Source: Acidimicrobiales bacterium (GTDB taxonomy: Bacteria > Actinomycetota > Acidimicrobiia > Acidimicrobiales > DATDAH01). Taken from it: 64,000 bases of DNA. Below are positions 63,712-64,000 of this stretch, one piece after another. The position numbers and the translations under genes are program-made. How positions within the stretch are numbered: position 1 is the stretch's first letter; each line of letters opens with the position of its first letter. The DNA lies in assembly GCA_016794585.1 (NCBI GenBank), contig JAEUJM010000026.1, positions 200,153 through 264,152 of the forward strand, in the 5' to 3' direction. The notes under the pieces are model-generated. The model saw only the letters and a list, made by a program, of their open reading frames with translations. It searched no databases and was not told where the DNA came from.

Positions 63712-64000
63712 TCAGCGCCAGCGGAGGGTGCGCTCGAGGTCGTCGGGGCGCTCACGGGCGGCGGTGAGGACGAGGGCGGTCGCCTCGGGGGTGCCGGCGC
63801 GGACCAGGCGGGCCTCGGGGACGCGGGCCCGGAAGGCCCGGTGGAAGGCCTCCGCCGCCTCCCGGGTGGCGCCGACGGCGGCGGGGACGCGCCAGGCGTC
63901 GTCCCCGGCGGCGAGGATCCAGCGGGGCCGCTCGAGGGGGCCGAGGGCCTCCGCCAGGGCGTCGGCCCAGGCGGTGGCAGCGTCGTCCGGGACGCCCACC
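63712..64000 (-). CDS. Hypothetical protein, C-terminal fragment (5' end beyond the window)
   Basis: ORF open to the window edge on the minus strand, with a non-artefactual composition. No motif recognised. Confidence 0.4.
   Translation of the reverse strand, partial: VGVPDDAATAWADALAEALGPLERPRWILAAGDDAWRVPAAVGATREAAEAFHRAFRARVPEARLVRAGTPEATALVLTAARERPDDLERTLRWR

Overview
Very GC-rich, gene-dense chromosomal segment. Gene content points to Actinomycetota: PpgK, F420 genes fbiD/LLM, a PIG-L deacetylase, and an ImuA'-ImuB-DnaE2 mutasome with TCGAAC-N4-GTTCGA LexA boxes. I could support about 47 protein genes. They include a 5'-truncated Cu-type P1B ATPase and a membrane multihaem cytochrome. 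A xylulokinase plus sugar ABC operon has the order ATPase-permease-permease-SBP-SBP. Other genes: a vWA/DUF11/LPXTG surface protein, a PQQ-type sugar dehydrogenase with NPCBM modules, ppgK, a Ser/Thr kinase with a YVTN propeller, class I fumarase, two amidohydrolases, fbiD-gpsA, an adenylate cyclase, GH38 alpha-mannosidase, secreted propeller and metalloprotease proteins, rnhB, msrA, and imuA'-imuB and dnaE2 separated by a 4-gene envelope-type cluster. I saw no rRNA, tRNA, CRISPR, transposase, integrase or prophage genes. Most of the long ORFs in the track are antisense or out-of-frame artefacts of the GC content (Arg/Gly/Pro/Ala-rich). The most interesting signals are non-coding. (1) A ~75-nt repeat occurs as tandem pairs at three loci. 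It carries a GAA-looped hairpin whose stem covaries between loci. Two of the pairs sit exactly at the translation starts of imuB and dnaE2 and provide their Shine-Dalgarno sequences. (2) A 2 x ~220-bp direct repeat with a 269-bp period lies in an otherwise empty 560-bp intergenic region. (3) A perfect 37-nt palindrome lies in-frame inside dnaE2. (4) A protein fuses a dihaem-b-like membrane domain (two H-x13-H helices) to a five-CxxCH extracytoplasmic domain. All functional calls rest on motifs read by eye. No database search or folding calculation was possible.
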